Positions 33,887 to 45,426 are shown, numbered from the stretch's first letter. The stretch: 64,000 nt of DNA from Vulcanimicrobiota bacterium (GCA_963795855.1 CAWCIZ010000001.1:256001-320000); one strand, 5' to 3'. Made by a program: numbers and translations. Notes: generated by a model not told the origin, from the letters alone.

Positions 33887-36715
33887 ATGGTCGGGGCTGG
33901 AACAGGGCCCGGTCCGCGAATTCGCGCGTACGCATACACACTCGTCACGACCGTAATCGTGATGTTGTTCGCCCTCGCCGAATGGGCGACGGAACGGTAC
34001 TTTTCGGACCGTTCGCGAGCGGCGAGCACCGCGATAGAAGTGTGCATCGTCCTCGTCGCCGCCGTGGTCTTCCGCCCAATCCACCAGCGCGTCGAAGCCG
34101 CGCTCGAAGCCGCGTTCTACAAGCGCAAGCGGCAGGCGCTGGCGGCGCTCGAGAAATTCCGCCGCGAGATGACGTCGTTCAACGACATGAGCCAGCTGCT
34201 GCGGCGCGTGATCGAAGCGCTCGAACAGCACATGGAAGCGGGCGCTGCCGCCGTCTACCTGCGGCGCGAAGTGTTTCACGCGGAGGCTTCGTCGTTCGAT
34301 CTCCCCGCTGACGACGTCGGCTTCGGCGATCCGCTCGCGGTACGGCTGCGCTCGAGCGCGACGCCGGCTCGGCCTTCGCTGCTCAAGTCTTCGGCGCAGG
34401 GCACGCACGCGTTTCCGATGACGGTCGCGGGAGACTCGTAGGCTTTCTGGCGGTGCACCGCAAGCACGCGGACTACGACGCGGATGAAACGCAGATGCTC
34501 GTGGGGCTGGCGCAAGATCTTGCCGTTGCGGTCGTAGCGCTGGAACCGCTGCTGCGCGCGCAGAAACAGAGCGTGCCGAACAACCTTCCCGCCGGCCTCC
34601 CGCGCGTTATCGGACGCGAGCGGGAACTTCGTGAGATCGACGCGGCGCTCGCGCAGTCGCGGCTCGTGACGGTCACCGGCTCCGGAGGCGTCGGGAAGAC
34701 GCGCGTCGCGCTGCAGTGCGCGGCGGAGGCGCTTGCAGCGCACGAACACGGCGCGTGGTTCGTGAATCTTGCGCCGATCGAGGACGGCTCGCTCGTCGCC
34801 GCGACGATACTCTCTGCGCTCGGCGCCGGAAACGCGGAGAAGGGCGGCGAGACCGCGCGCTTGTTGCAGCACCTCGCGCCTCGCGACGCGCTGATCGTCC
34901 TCGACAATTGCGAACAGGTCGTGGGCGACGTCGCCGCGGTCGTCGCGCAGATTCGCGCGGCGTGTCCTCGCATCACCGTGCTTGCGACCAGCCGGGAAAT
35001 GCTGCATTTGGACGGCGAGCAGGTGTACCGTCTTGGCCCCTTGGCGCTCGAAGGCGCCGCCGAACTCTTTGCGCTGCGCGCCTCTGCCGTTTCGCCCGGG
35101 TTCGACGCGCGCGAGCACGCAGAACTCATAGAGCAAATCTGCGCGCATCTGGACGGCATTCCGCTCGCCATAGAACTCGCCGCCGCGCGAGCGCGAGCGC
35201 TCAGCGTTGGGGAAACGCTGGCACACTTGAGCGAACGGTTCCGGCTGCTCAAAAGCAGTGGGCGCGCGGTGCCTGCCAGACAGCAGACGCTGGAGGCAAC
35301 CATCGAGTGGAGCTGACGACCTGCTCACACTCGAAGAACAGGATTTGTTCCGGCGGCTTTCCGCGTTTCGCGGCAGTTTTTCGCTCGACGCCGCGACGGC
35401 CGTATGCGCGGCCGGCGGCCGGTGCGACGAATTCCACGTACTCGACGTGCTGACGTCGCTGACAGACAAATCGCTCGTAATCGCGCAGATCGCGGTTACG
35501 ACGCGGTACTATTTCCTCGAAACGATTCGCGAGTTCGCGATGCAGAAGGCTCTGGAGGCGAACGAGGCGCCGTCCGCATCGCACGCGCACGCCGCGTATT
35601 TTTCGGCGCTGGCATCACAGGCGTATTACGAGTTCGACTCACTCATGCCGCGCGGCTGGCTGGAACGCCTCGCACCCGACATCGACAACGTTCGCGCCGC
35701 GCTCGAGTGGACGTTGAACGGTCCGGGGGATCGGACCGTGGGAGCGAAACTCGCAGCGGATAGCGGACCGATTTTCCTACGTCTGGATTTGTTGACCGAA
35801 GGGCTGCGTTGGTGCGATGCGGCCCGCGGCGTTTCGGGAACGCCGCACGCGACCGCTGCGAGAATCGAGTACGTCGCATCGATGATGCACAACAACGCCG
35901 GCGCCAACCGATCCGCGCTGGTGTGCGTCGAGCGAGCCGTTTCGCTGTACCGAGAGTCGAGCGATAAACGCGGCTTGGTGCGAGCGCTCTCTCAACTTGC
36001 GCAACTGTACGCGCGTAACCGCCGCTACGACGAGGCTCGCGCGCCGTCGGCGGAAGCCACCGAACGCGCGCGCTCGCTCGGCGAGCCGCGGGTGCTCGCC
36101 GCCGTCCTGCGCCGATGCGCGTACGCGCTGCCGTCCTCGGAAATCGAACGAGCGCGCACGTATTTTACGGAGGCGCTGAACATCGCGCGTTCGGTGCGCG
36201 ATCCGGAAGAGGAAAGCTTGATACTCGAGTGGTGGGCAAGCCGCGAGGGCGAGTCCGGTTCGTTCGAACGCGCAATCGACCTTGGGAACCAGGCGCGGCA
36301 ATGCGCCGGTCAGGAGGCGCAACTCACGCTCGAAAGTCAAATTGCGGGCTGGTCGCTTGCGCTGGGGCGTTTCGACGACGCCGAGCCGCACGCGCGCAGG
36401 GCCGTGCAACTAGCTGCAGCCGTTCGTCATCCGCTCTTGGCCGTGAACCTCGCCTATTTCTCCGCGTTCCGCGTTTCGGAGGGTGCCGACGAGGCGGCGA
36501 TGCTATTCGGCTACGCGCGCGCCCGAATCGACGAACTCGAATGGGATTTGGGCGACGACGATCGGCTCGCGCTCGAAAACGTGTCGCAGCGCATCGGCGC
36601 GCAATTGAACGGCGCAGACTTCGAAACGCTCGCCGCTCGCGGCGCGGCATGGACGGAGCGCGAGGCGCTTGCGTCGCTTGCGCGGGAACTCAGCAGCGCG
36701 GCGGGTACGTCATAA
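33887..36715 (+). CDS. Membrane-anchored GAF + STAND (NB-ARC-like) ATPase + TPR-like protein (frameshifts near 34440 and 35315)
   Basis: Two TM helices; NNLP...IGRE, GSGGVGKT, IVLDNCE, ATSRE, LDGIPLAIELAAAR, LETIREF. Confidence 0.82.
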
Positions 36716-37199
36716 TGCGCCGAAGTGTGCTCGTGACCGTGTCGATGCACTGCTGATTCAACGTGTACGTGCCGGTATCGCCCGCGCAGTTCGTGATTGC
36801 CGTGTACGAGCCGGTGATTACCGCGCTGGTTCCGTTGTTGCTGTAGGTTCCGCTCGTGCTGAACGTGCATGTCGTGCCGTTCGGATAATCGACGACCATC
36901 GCGCCGCTCAGAGAAGTCCCCGAAGCGATCGCAAGCGACACTTGAGCGGTGAGCGTTGCGCCGGTTTGCGCAATGGTGATGGCGCCGCCGGCGTTGCTGC
37001 CGTTTTGCGCGAGCGTTGCCGTCGCGGTGCCGCTGCCGCCTTGAGCATCTTGCACCGAGCCGACGTAATCGCCGGAAACGTTCGCGGGCGACGAGCTCGG
37101 CGATGGCGACGGCGAGGGTGTGGTCGACGAGTTGCAGCCGGCCGCCGCGATGAGGCTCGCGATCGCACATGCCGCAATGCTTGTTCCAAGTTTGCGCAT
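36690..37199 (-). CDS. Lipoprotein of unknown function
   Basis: Lipobox AAGC, PS linker, beta-rich body with 4 further Cys. Confidence 0.75.
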   Translation of the reverse strand: MRKLGTSIAACAIASLIAAAGCNSSTTPSPSPSPSSSPANVSGDYVGSVQDAQGGSGTATATLAQNGSNAGGAITIAQTGATLTAQVSLAIASGTSLSGAMVVDYPNGTTCTFSTSGTYSNNGTSAVITGSYTAITNCAGDTGTYTLNQQCIDTVTSTLRRIMTYPPRC

Positions 37200-37288
37200 A
37201 CGAGACTCCTTGCCGCGCCTTTACGGCAACCGCATGCGCCGACCTGCCGCAGGTAGGGCACGCGGGCGGGTGAGGCTAACGTCGTGCC

Positions 37289-39298
37289 ATGCTGCAATCG
37301 GAGACCGCGCCCGCCGCGGTGCAGAGTGAGGCCGTTACAGCGCGTCTGGAATTGACCGTTCGCGGATTGTTGTTAGGCGCCGCAATCACGCTCGTGTTCA
37401 CTGCCGCTAACGTCTACCTCGGGCTGAAGGTTGGGCTCACGTTCGCCTCGTCGATTCCCGCCGCCGTCATTTCGATGGCGATTCTGCGCATGTTCAAAAC
37501 CGGCACGATTTACGAGAACAACATCGTGCAGACGGTTGCATCGGCGGCCGGCACGCTCTCGTCGATCATTTTCGTTTTGCCGGGTCTGGTCATGGTCGGC
37601 TGGTGGAGCGGATTCCCGTTCTGGCCGTCGTTCGGCGTTTGTGTGGTCGGCGGTGTGCTCGGCGTGATGTTCACGATTCCGCTGCGCCGCGCACTCGTGA
37701 CCACCTCGGATCTGCCGTATCCCGAAGGGGTTGCGGCCGCAGAAGTGCTGCGGGTCGGTACCGGTTCGCGCGAAGGCGCGGCCGAGGGCAAAGCGGGATT
37801 GCTCGCCGTGATTTGGGGCGCCATCGGGTCCGCCGCTTTTGCTGCGATGACGGCGACGCGCGTGTTTGCCGGAGAGATCGACTACTATTTCCGAGCCGGC
37901 GCGTCCGCAAGCGGAATCGGATTTTCGCTCTCGCTCGCGCTGCTCGGCGCGGGACACTTGATCGGTTTGGCGGTCGGCCTCGCGATTCTCGCAGGCTTCG
38001 TCATCTCGTGGGGAATTTTCGTCCCGATTCTTACCGCCATGCACCCCGCTGCAGGCGCCGCGGCAACGGTCGCAACGACGGTGTGGTCGCATCAGGTGCG
38101 GTTCATCGGCGCGGGAGCCATCGGCATTTCCGCGATCTGGACGCTGCTTCGCTTGGCCATTCCCGTGTGGACGGGATTGGTTGCCGCAATCGAGGCCTCA
38201 CGCCGTCGCGCGCAAGGCGAAGGGCATCTGATGAAGCGCACCGAGCAGGACATGCCGATCGGCATCGTCACGATCGTCAGCGTCGCGTGTTTGATACCGA
38301 TGGCGTTTCTGCTCTTCGCGTTCTTGCAGGGCGGTGCGCTCGGAGCGTACATCGTCCCACTCGTGATTGCATCGGTCCTGTACGTCGTCGTCGTCGGGTT
38401 CATCGTCGCAGCCGTCGCAGGATACATGGCCGGGCTCATCGGCAGTTCGAACAGCCCGGTCTCCGGCTTGGCGATTCTGGCGATCATCGGGATCTCGCTC
38501 ATCGTGCTGCTCGTCGCGCACGGCGCTTCAGGTGCCGCGAAAGACGCGCTGGTCGCGTTCGCGCTGTTCGTTACGTCCATCGTGCTCAGCGCCGCAACCA
38601 TCGCAAACGACAATCTGCAGGACTTGAAGACGGGACAACTCGTCGATGCGACTCCGTGGCGCCAGCAAGTCGCGCTGCTGGTCGGCGTATTGTTCGGTTC
38701 GCTCGTGATTCCGCCCGTATTGAATCTGCTCAATCTCGCGAACGGCTTTGCGGGCGCGCCGCCGCATCACGGTGCGAATGCCGCGCAGCCGCTGCCCGCG
38801 CCGCAGGCCACGCTGATCTCGACGCTCGCGAAAGGCGTCATCAGCGGCAACATCGATTGGGGAATGATCACGATCGGCGTTCTGGTCGGGATCGTCGTCA
38901 TCGGCATCGACGAGGTGCTGCGAGCATCGAGTAAACAAAAGGCGAAACTGCCGCCGCTCGCGGTTGGTTTAGGCATTTACTTGCCGACGTCCACGACGGC
39001 CGGCGCGGTGCTGGGCGCAATCGTCGGGTGGTTTTACAACCGCGCCGTTTCGCGCGGACGCAACGCCGAGATGGCAAAACGGCTAGGCGTGCTTCTCGCA
39101 TCCGGACTGATTGTCGGAGAAAGCTTGTTCGGCGTGCTGCTTTCCGGAATCATCGTGGTCAGCAAGAACGGCACGCCGCTCTCATTGGTTCCCGATTCGT
39201 TTTTGCTCCCATCCGAAATCATCGGCGGTATCGCGTTCCTCGCGCTCATCGCGCTGATGTATCGCTGGGTGGGGAGTTTGGCTCAAAAGGCGGTTTAA
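37289..39298 (+). CDS. OPT family oligopeptide transporter
   Basis: ELTVRG, NVYLGLKVG, SIPAAVIS, LPYPEG, SSNSPVSG, NDNLQDLKTG, APQA. Confidence 0.95.
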   Translation: MLQSETAPAAVQSEAVTARLELTVRGLLLGAAITLVFTAANVYLGLKVGLTFASSIPAAVISMAILRMFKTGTIYENNIVQTVASAAGTLSSIIFVLPGLVMVGWWSGFPFWPSFGVCVVGGVLGVMFTIPLRRALVTTSDLPYPEGVAAAEVLRVGTGSREGAAEGKAGLLAVIWGAIGSAAFAAMTATRVFAGEIDYYFRAGASASGIGFSLSLALLGAGHLIGLAVGLAILAGFVISWGIFVPILTAMHPAAGAAATVATTVWSHQVRFIGAGAIGISAIWTLLRLAIPVWTGLVAAIEASRRRAQGEGHLMKRTEQDMPIGIVTIVSVACLIPMAFLLFAFLQGGALGAYIVPLVIASVLYVVVVGFIVAAVAGYMAGLIGSSNSPVSGLAILAIIGISLIVLLVAHGASGAAKDALVAFALFVTSIVLSAATIANDNLQDLKTGQLVDATPWRQQVALLVGVLFGSLVIPPVLNLLNLANGFAGAPPHHGANAAQPLPAPQATLISTLAKGVISGNIDWGMITIGVLVGIVVIGIDEVLRASSKQKAKLPPLAVGLGIYLPTSTTAGAVLGAIVGWFYNRAVSRGRNAEMAKRLGVLLASGLIVGESLFGVLLSGIIVVSKNGTPLSLVPDSFLLPSEIIGGIAFLALIALMYRWVGSLAQKAV

Positions 39299-39309
39299 GC
39301 GCCTCCCGC

Positions 39310-40576
39310 TTACAAGTCCGAAAACGCCTCTCCGCGGCGCTCGGGCGTCACGAAGTATCCGATCGCGGTCAGCACGACGATGGCAACGAACACGACGCCA
39401 GCAACCCACGCCATCGCCTTCGCATAATCCGGATGTCCGGAGGGCAGCGGAAACTTGTCCGCGGCGAACGCCGATTCGAGTTGCAGCGCATTCGCGGAGA
39501 TGAGATTGCCGAGTTGATACGTCAAACCGGGAAACGTTCCGCGTATTTCCGCGGGCGAAATCTCGTTGAGGTGCGCCGGAATGATGCCCCATGCGCCTTG
39601 CACGGCAATCTGCATGAGGAATCCGCCCAGCCCGAGCATCACCGCGGTTTGGCTGAACGCCCAAAGCGGAATCAACACGATTCCCAACAGCGCGCACACG
39701 ACGATCATGTTGCGCCTGCCCCAGCGCTGCGAAAGCCAGCCGAACGCGACGCCCCCGACGATCGCTCCGACGTTCATGATGGCGGTCAGCGTTCCCACGA
39801 GCGCCGGCGTGAAGCCGTGCTGGAGCGTCAAAAACGTCGGATACAGATCCTGCGTTCCGTGTGACATGTAATTGAACGCCGCCATGAATAAAATTGCGTA
39901 GACGAACAGCGGCCACCGCGTCTTGAACGCTTGCACGAGCGGATGCGGGCCCGCCGCGATTTTCTCCGCGCGGCCGGCGAGCCACGCCGGCGATTCGGGG
40001 ACGTTCCTGCGAATGAAGAAGATGAGAACCGCGGGCAGCACGCCGATCGCGAACATTCCGCGCCACCCGATGTGCACGTAAAGAACCGCGAGAACGATCG
40101 CCGCCAGCAGATAGCCGACGGCATATCCTTCTTGAAGAATACCGGAAAACACGCCGCGTTTTTCGACGGGCAGCGACTCCATTGCCAGCGCCGCGCCAAT
40201 GCCCCACTCGCCGCCCATTGCCACGCCGTAAAGCGCGCGCAGAACGATAAAGACGCCGAGATTCGGCGAGAACGCGGTGGCCAATTCCAGAACGGAATAG
40301 AGGCCGACGTCCACCATCAGCGGGGTTCGGCGCCCGTACTTGTCCGCGAACCAGCCAAAGATCAGTGCGCCTAGCGGCCGCAGCATCAGCGTGATCGTCA
40401 CCGCGACCGCGACGGCTTTCACTTCGGCGTGAAAGTCTTTGGCAATGTGCGGCACGGTGACGATCACTAGAAAAAAATCGAACGCGTCGAGAGTCCAGCC
40501 GAGGAAACTCGCCGTAAACGTTCGTTTTTGCTGCGGCGTGAGGCCGCGCAGCGCGCCGGTCGTGCTAAGCGTCCAT
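39310..40576 (-). CDS. MFS transporter, sialate/carboxylate (NanT/Jen1-like)
   Basis: GWTLDAFDFF (upstream of the called GTG), DKYGRR, MGGEWG, SHGTQDLYPTFL, YQLGN. Confidence 0.9.
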
Positions 40577-41409
40577 TACGGCAAAGCGTCCGCGAAACTG
40601 GTCGCGTAGAAGATTCCGTGCAGCCAGTAGCCGTCGGCTACGACTTGACGTCCGACCGCGACGTTACCGGAAGCGTGCGCGTTCAGCGCGGGCTGATCGT
40701 TCAGCACGATCGTCCCGTTCGACTGCTGCAGCGTCACCTGGTTTCCGCTCACACCGGTAATCGTTCCGCTCAAGCTGTCGGGAATGTGCGCGAATGCGCC
40801 GAAGTTCGGCGCGTCTTCGGGCACGTTCGTGGACGAGGCGTCGGAGATCGTCGTCGCGTAAAACGTGCCGCCGCGCCAATAGCCTACCGCGACGACGTCG
40901 CGGCCGACGTTCACGCTGCCGGTGAGTTTGCGGTCCAAGGCCGGCTGATCGTTGATGACGATCGAATTACCGTTGCCTTGGATCGTGACGAGGTGGCCGC
41001 TAACGGCGCTGATCGTGCCGCGAACGAGGCCCCGTAGGCGTCCCGGCACCGGCGCGCCGGTCAGACCTTCTTGCGTGCCGAAACCGTCGGCATACCCGTA
41101 CACGTTCGCGTCCGCGAAACTCGTCGCGTAAAACGTGCCGTCTTGCCAATAACCGCGCGCCACGACTTGGCGGCCGACCGCGACGTTACCGGTCGTTTGA
41201 CTATTGAGAGCGGGCTGGTCGTTTACCACGATGCTGCCGCTGCTGCGCTGAATGGTGACCATGCTGCCGCTCACGGCGGTGATGGTTCCCGCGATAACGC
41301 GCGGCGTAGATGTTTGTGCGCCGGCTGCCGCAGTCGAGCCCAAGAACGCTGCGGCCGCCAAGAGTGCGTAGGTGTTTCTCATAGTGTCTACAGCGTACCC
41401 AGCCTTCAT
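40576..41409 (-). CDS. Secreted protein with three ~60-aa repeated beta domains (start at 41409 or 41382)
   Basis: Signal peptide; 3x GTI..VSG..VT.Q.....I..NDQPAL.....G.V.VGR.VVA.GYW..G.FYAT. Confidence 0.8.
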   Translation of the reverse strand: MKAGYAVDTMRNTYALLAAAAFLGSTAAAGAQTSTPRVIAGTITAVSGSMVTIQRSSGSIVVNDQPALNSQTTGNVAVGRQVVARGYWQDGTFYATSFADANVYGYADGFGTQEGLTGAPVPGRLRGLVRGTISAVSGHLVTIQGNGNSIVINDQPALDRKLTGSVNVGRDVVAVGYWRGGTFYATTISDASSTNVPEDAPNFGAFAHIPDSLSGTITGVSGNQVTLQQSNGTIVLNDQPALNAHASGNVAVGRQVVADGYWLHGIFYATSFADALP

Positions 41410-42618
41410 CGTTCCTCGGGCGGCCGGATCTTGCGAAAGAACGCCCAGTACAGCCCGGCGTTGAGGGAGCTGCAGCAGTGCGGCCGCTTCCAGCATCGCG
41501 CCGATCCAGACCGAATGCAGCATCACGCCGGCGAGCGAGGGCCCGGCCATACTCGCAAACTGCGACGGCACGTTCGAAACGCTGGCGACCCGCGAGCGTT
41601 CGTGCGGCGAAACGATTCCCATGACGTACGATTGCCGCACCGGCAACGTCATGCTGTTCACCAGCACGCGGACGAGAAACACCGCGCCCGCGAACCAGAC
41701 CGTCGGCATGAGCGGCAGCACTGCGAGCAGCGCGCAAGAGACGACGCGCAATGAAACGACGGTACGAACCGCACCGCCGATGAACGCGACCGCGCGGCCC
41801 ACCACGGAATAGGATGCGATCGTGCAAAAGCCGATTACCATGTAGATCGTTCCGATTTGATCCGCGGGCGCGTGATACCGCAGGTGGAACCACAGCACGA
41901 GCATGGGGCCCAGAAAGCCTACGGCCAAACCGTTCGTCGCGTTCGTCACCATAAAGCGAAGCACGATCGCCCGTGTGCGCGCGGAGAGTGCTTGCGGCGG
42001 CCGGCGCGTTTCACGCTCGCGGTGCGCGCCCCGTTCCTGGCGAGACGATTCGCGAATCGGGGCGATCGAAATCAGCAGCAGCACCGAAATGCCGCTCGCG
42101 ATCGGAAACACGAGCCGGTACTCGTGCACGTACGTGAGAAGAAAACCGAACGCACCGCCGATGGCGCCGATCATCGAGAACGCGGCGAAGGCGCGCGTGC
42201 GCGTCTGTGGCGGGACGTGCTCGGCGACGAGTGCTTGTTCCGCGGAATAAAACGGGCCGAACGCGCCGCCGGACGCCGGGCCTCCGCCGCGGCCGATCGT
42301 TCCGAGCGCGCCGGCAAGCGCGAGCATCCAAAACGGCATGTCAAAATAAAACGCCAGCGCCGCAACGGCGCTGAGCGCGCTGAATATCGCCAGCACGAGT
42401 TTGCGGCCGAAACGGTCGCTCACGAATCCTGCGCCCAATCCCAGCAGCGCGCTTCCGCTCGCCCAGACGGTGACGAGCACGCCGACCTCCGCGGCGCTTG
42501 CGCCGCGACTCAAAAGGTAGAGCGGCGTTACGACGCCGAGATACGCTTGATTGAAGCTCCGCAGCATGCGCCCGAGCGAAAGGAAGCGCAGCGACGTCGA
42601 CGCGGTAAGCGGATTAAT
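41406..42618 (-). CDS. MFS transporter (frameshift near 41465; start uncertain)
   Basis: SDRFGRK, many TM helices. Restored C-terminus LYWAFFRKIRPPEER ends in TGA at 41406. Confidence 0.85.
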
Positions 42619-43564
42619 CGTTCGGCGAAGGCGATGCGCCCGGCGTTACGCCGATGTCGGGAGCCCCAGACGGAACGGCCGAAGCGGTCGGCGACGGCGA
42701 TGGCGAGGCGTTCGGCGACGCCGGCGCCGTCGACTTGTCGTCTCCGTAAAGCACGAGCGTGTACGTGCTGCCTTTTGCGATCGTCATCGTCGGCGCACGG
42801 AACGAGAACGTGAGCGTCGTGTCGTTGAGCGTCGATTTGTCGAACGTCCAAATCGCTTTGTAGTCGACGCGTTTATGGTGCTTGTTTACTTGGAAAAGCT
42901 GCAGCGCGAAGCCGCGGCCTTCGATCACCGGCTTGGGCAAAGTGAATTGCGCGTTCGCCCACCCGTCGAGCGCGAGATCGCCGTTCGTGTCGAGTTGCAC
43001 CATCATGAGCGCGACGGTGTCGAGCGTGTTCGCCGGGATGTGCACCATCTTCGGAGCATCTTTGGGCGGTGCTTGCGCCGTTAGCGTAACGCTTGCCGGT
43101 GTCGGGCTCGGCGTTGGGCTTTTTCCGGGGCTCGCGCTGCCGGCGGGCGCGCTGGGCGTCGGAGTCGGGCTTGGCGTCGGCGTCGGCGTTGGAGTCGCCG
43201 TAGCCTTTCGCTTCACGTTCTTTGCGCCTTTGGGCGTCGGCGAAGGGGACGGCGTGGGCGCCGGAAGGTTGAAACTCAGCGTGCAAGCGTATCCGTCCGC
43301 TAGCTGCGGACATGCAAAGCCGTTCTTCGCATCGTCGATCGGATAGCTTGCCGTGCCGACCGCTCCCGGAGTTGCGGTCGGCGTTGCTTCGCCAATCGGT
43401 AAGCCGTTTTTGTCCGTCTGCGGAATCGGCGTCCCTTGGCCCATCGGCGGAATGCCGCCGGCGCCGGGTTCGGGCATGTTCGTACCGGAGGAGAAGTTGC
43501 CGGAGCACGCGCCCAGCACGAGCGCGAGTGCCAGCAGTGCGCCCAAAGCGAGTTGCGATTTCAC
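42614..43564 (-). CDS. Pro/Thr/Ser-rich lipoprotein
   Basis: Lipobox LGAC; PT/PS linkers; GTG overlaps the thrS stop. Confidence 0.8.
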   Translation of the reverse strand: MKSQLALGALLALALVLGACSGNFSSGTNMPEPGAGGIPPMGQGTPIPQTDKNGLPIGEATPTATPGAVGTASYPIDDAKNGFACPQLADGYACTLSFNLPAPTPSPSPTPKGAKNVKRKATATPTPTPTPSPTPTPSAPAGSASPGKSPTPSPTPASVTLTAQAPPKDAPKMVHIPANTLDTVALMMVQLDTNGDLALDGWANAQFTLPKPVIEGRGFALQLFQVNKHHKRVDYKAIWTFDKSTLNDTTLTFSFRAPTMTIAKGSTYTLVLYGDDKSTAPASPNASPSPSPTASAVPSGAPDIGVTPGASPSPND

Positions 43565-45286
43565 TGCTTGTTATCGACCTTTGAATGAAGTTCGGCGGCG
43601 AACTCGTCCACCGTTAGGGCTCGTTGAGCTCCGGCGCCGCGTTCGTTCACGTTGACCGTGCCGTCCGCGGCTTCTTGCTTGCCCGCCACGAGAATATACG
43701 GCACTTTTTGCGTTTTCCAGTGCCGGATTTTGTACCCGAGTTTTTCGTTCGATTCGTCGAGTTCGGCGCGAAAACCGCGAGCGTGCAGCGCGTCGCGTAC
43801 GGTACGTCCGTACTCGATCTGATGTTCGGATATCGGTGCTACGACGGCCTGAATAGGCGCGAGCCACGCGGGAAAGTTCCCGCCGAAATGCTCGATGAGA
43901 ATGCCGAAGAAGCGCTCCATGGAACCTGCAAGAGCGCGGTGGATCATCACCGGTGTTTCGTCGCCTTCCGGGCCGCGGTATTTCAAATCGAAACGCTTTG
44001 GCAAAACGAAGTCGACCTGCACGGTGCCCAGCTGCCATTTACGGCCGATTGCATCGCGGACCATGATGTCGAGTTTCGGCCCGTAGAACGCGCCGCCGCC
44101 CTCGTCGACGGCGTACGCGAACTGCTTGATTTCCAGCGCCGTTCTTATCGCACGTTCGGCGATTTCATCGGTATCGATACGCGCGGCGGCGTCGCGTCTG
44201 GACAGCACGTATTCGACGTCCTCGAAGCGGAACGCGTTCATCAAGCGCAACGCTTCGTCGAGCGTCTGCTCGAATTCGCCCTGCAATTGCTCGGCCGTGC
44301 AAAAAAGATGCGCGTCGTCTTGCGTGAAGCCGCGCACGCGCGTGAGTCCGTGCAGGACGCCGCTGCGCTCGTAGCGGTACACGGTACCGAACTCCGAATA
44401 ACGCAGCGGCAGATCCCGATAGACTGCGCAGGCGGCTCTTGTAGATGAGAATGTGGCCGGGGCAGTTCATCGGTTTGAGGCGGAAGCGCTGCTCCTCGAT
44501 CTCGAGCGCGCCGAAGATGTTCTCCGCGTAGTTTTCGAGGTGACCCGAGATTTCGTACAGCTTCTCGCTGACCACGTGCGGCGTGACGACCGGCTGATAG
44601 CCGCGTTCGCGCAATCCTTCGCGGATGAAGTTTTCCACGATGCCGCGCACGATGGCGCCGCGCGGATGCCAGAAGATCAGGCCTCCGCCGGCCTCTTCCT
44701 GGATCGAGAAGAGATCGAGTTCCTGGCCGAGTTTGCGGTGATCGCGTTTGGCTGCTTCCTCGAGCTGCTGCAGATGCGCGTCGAGTTCTTCCTTCGTATA
44801 CCAAGCCGTGCCGTAGATGCGCTGCAGCATTGCGTTGTGCTCGTCGCCGCGCCAGTATGCGCCCGCCACGCTGGTGAGTTTCAGCGCGCCGATTTCGCCG
44901 GTGGTATGCGCGTGGCCGCCGCGGCAGAGGTCCGTGAAGCTGCCGATCGTGTACAGCGTGATCGCTTCACCCTCGGGAATTTGCTGCGCGAGTTCGACCT
45001 TGTACGGGTTGCCGTTGAATCGCTCGACTGCTTGCTCGCGCGTGACCCGCTCGCCCGTCATCTCGTAATTCGATTCGACGATCTCGTTCATGCGTCGTTC
45101 GAGGCGCTCGAGGTCCTCGGGCGTAAACGGCTGCTGCCGGTCGAAATCGTAATAGAACCCGTTCTCGATGGCCGGTCCAATGGTCGGTTTTGCATCGGGA
45201 AACAAGTCTTGAACGGCATAGGCGAGCACGTGCGCTGCGGTATGACGCAATTCCGGCAGGGAAGTGCGGCGGTCGGTCGTGGTCAC
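43561..45286 (-). CDS. thrS: Threonine--tRNA ligase (short form without N-terminal TGS; frameshift near 44425)
   Basis: RHTAAH, DLCRGGH, GAYWRGD, RDHRKLG, KPMNCPGH, RVRGFTQDDAH, FYGPKLD, IHRA. Confidence 0.97.
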
Positions 45287-45426
45287 GGTCCAGCCCTTTT
45301 TGCCCACCGGGCGGGACGGGCCTTCGAACCGGCCCAACGCTTAACTAAGCGGCGGCTTTGTTGCAAGAGCACGCTATTCCGGCAATATGCAGAAAACGCT
45401 GGTTTCGGCAGTACGTTACCCGACTT

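Noticed and set aside
40576..42567. 663-aa MFS fused to a triple-repeat domain
   Set aside because: One extra base near 41465 explains it. The restored MFS ends at TGA 41406, and the downstream part has its own ATG and signal peptide.
44400..44450. Programmed frameshift in thrS
   Set aside because: No slippery sequence is evident, and the break matches the window-wide indel noise.
45287..45426. T-box or attenuator upstream of thrS
   Set aside because: Only a short GC hairpin is present. No T-box consensus is visible, and the space before the divergent gene is short.
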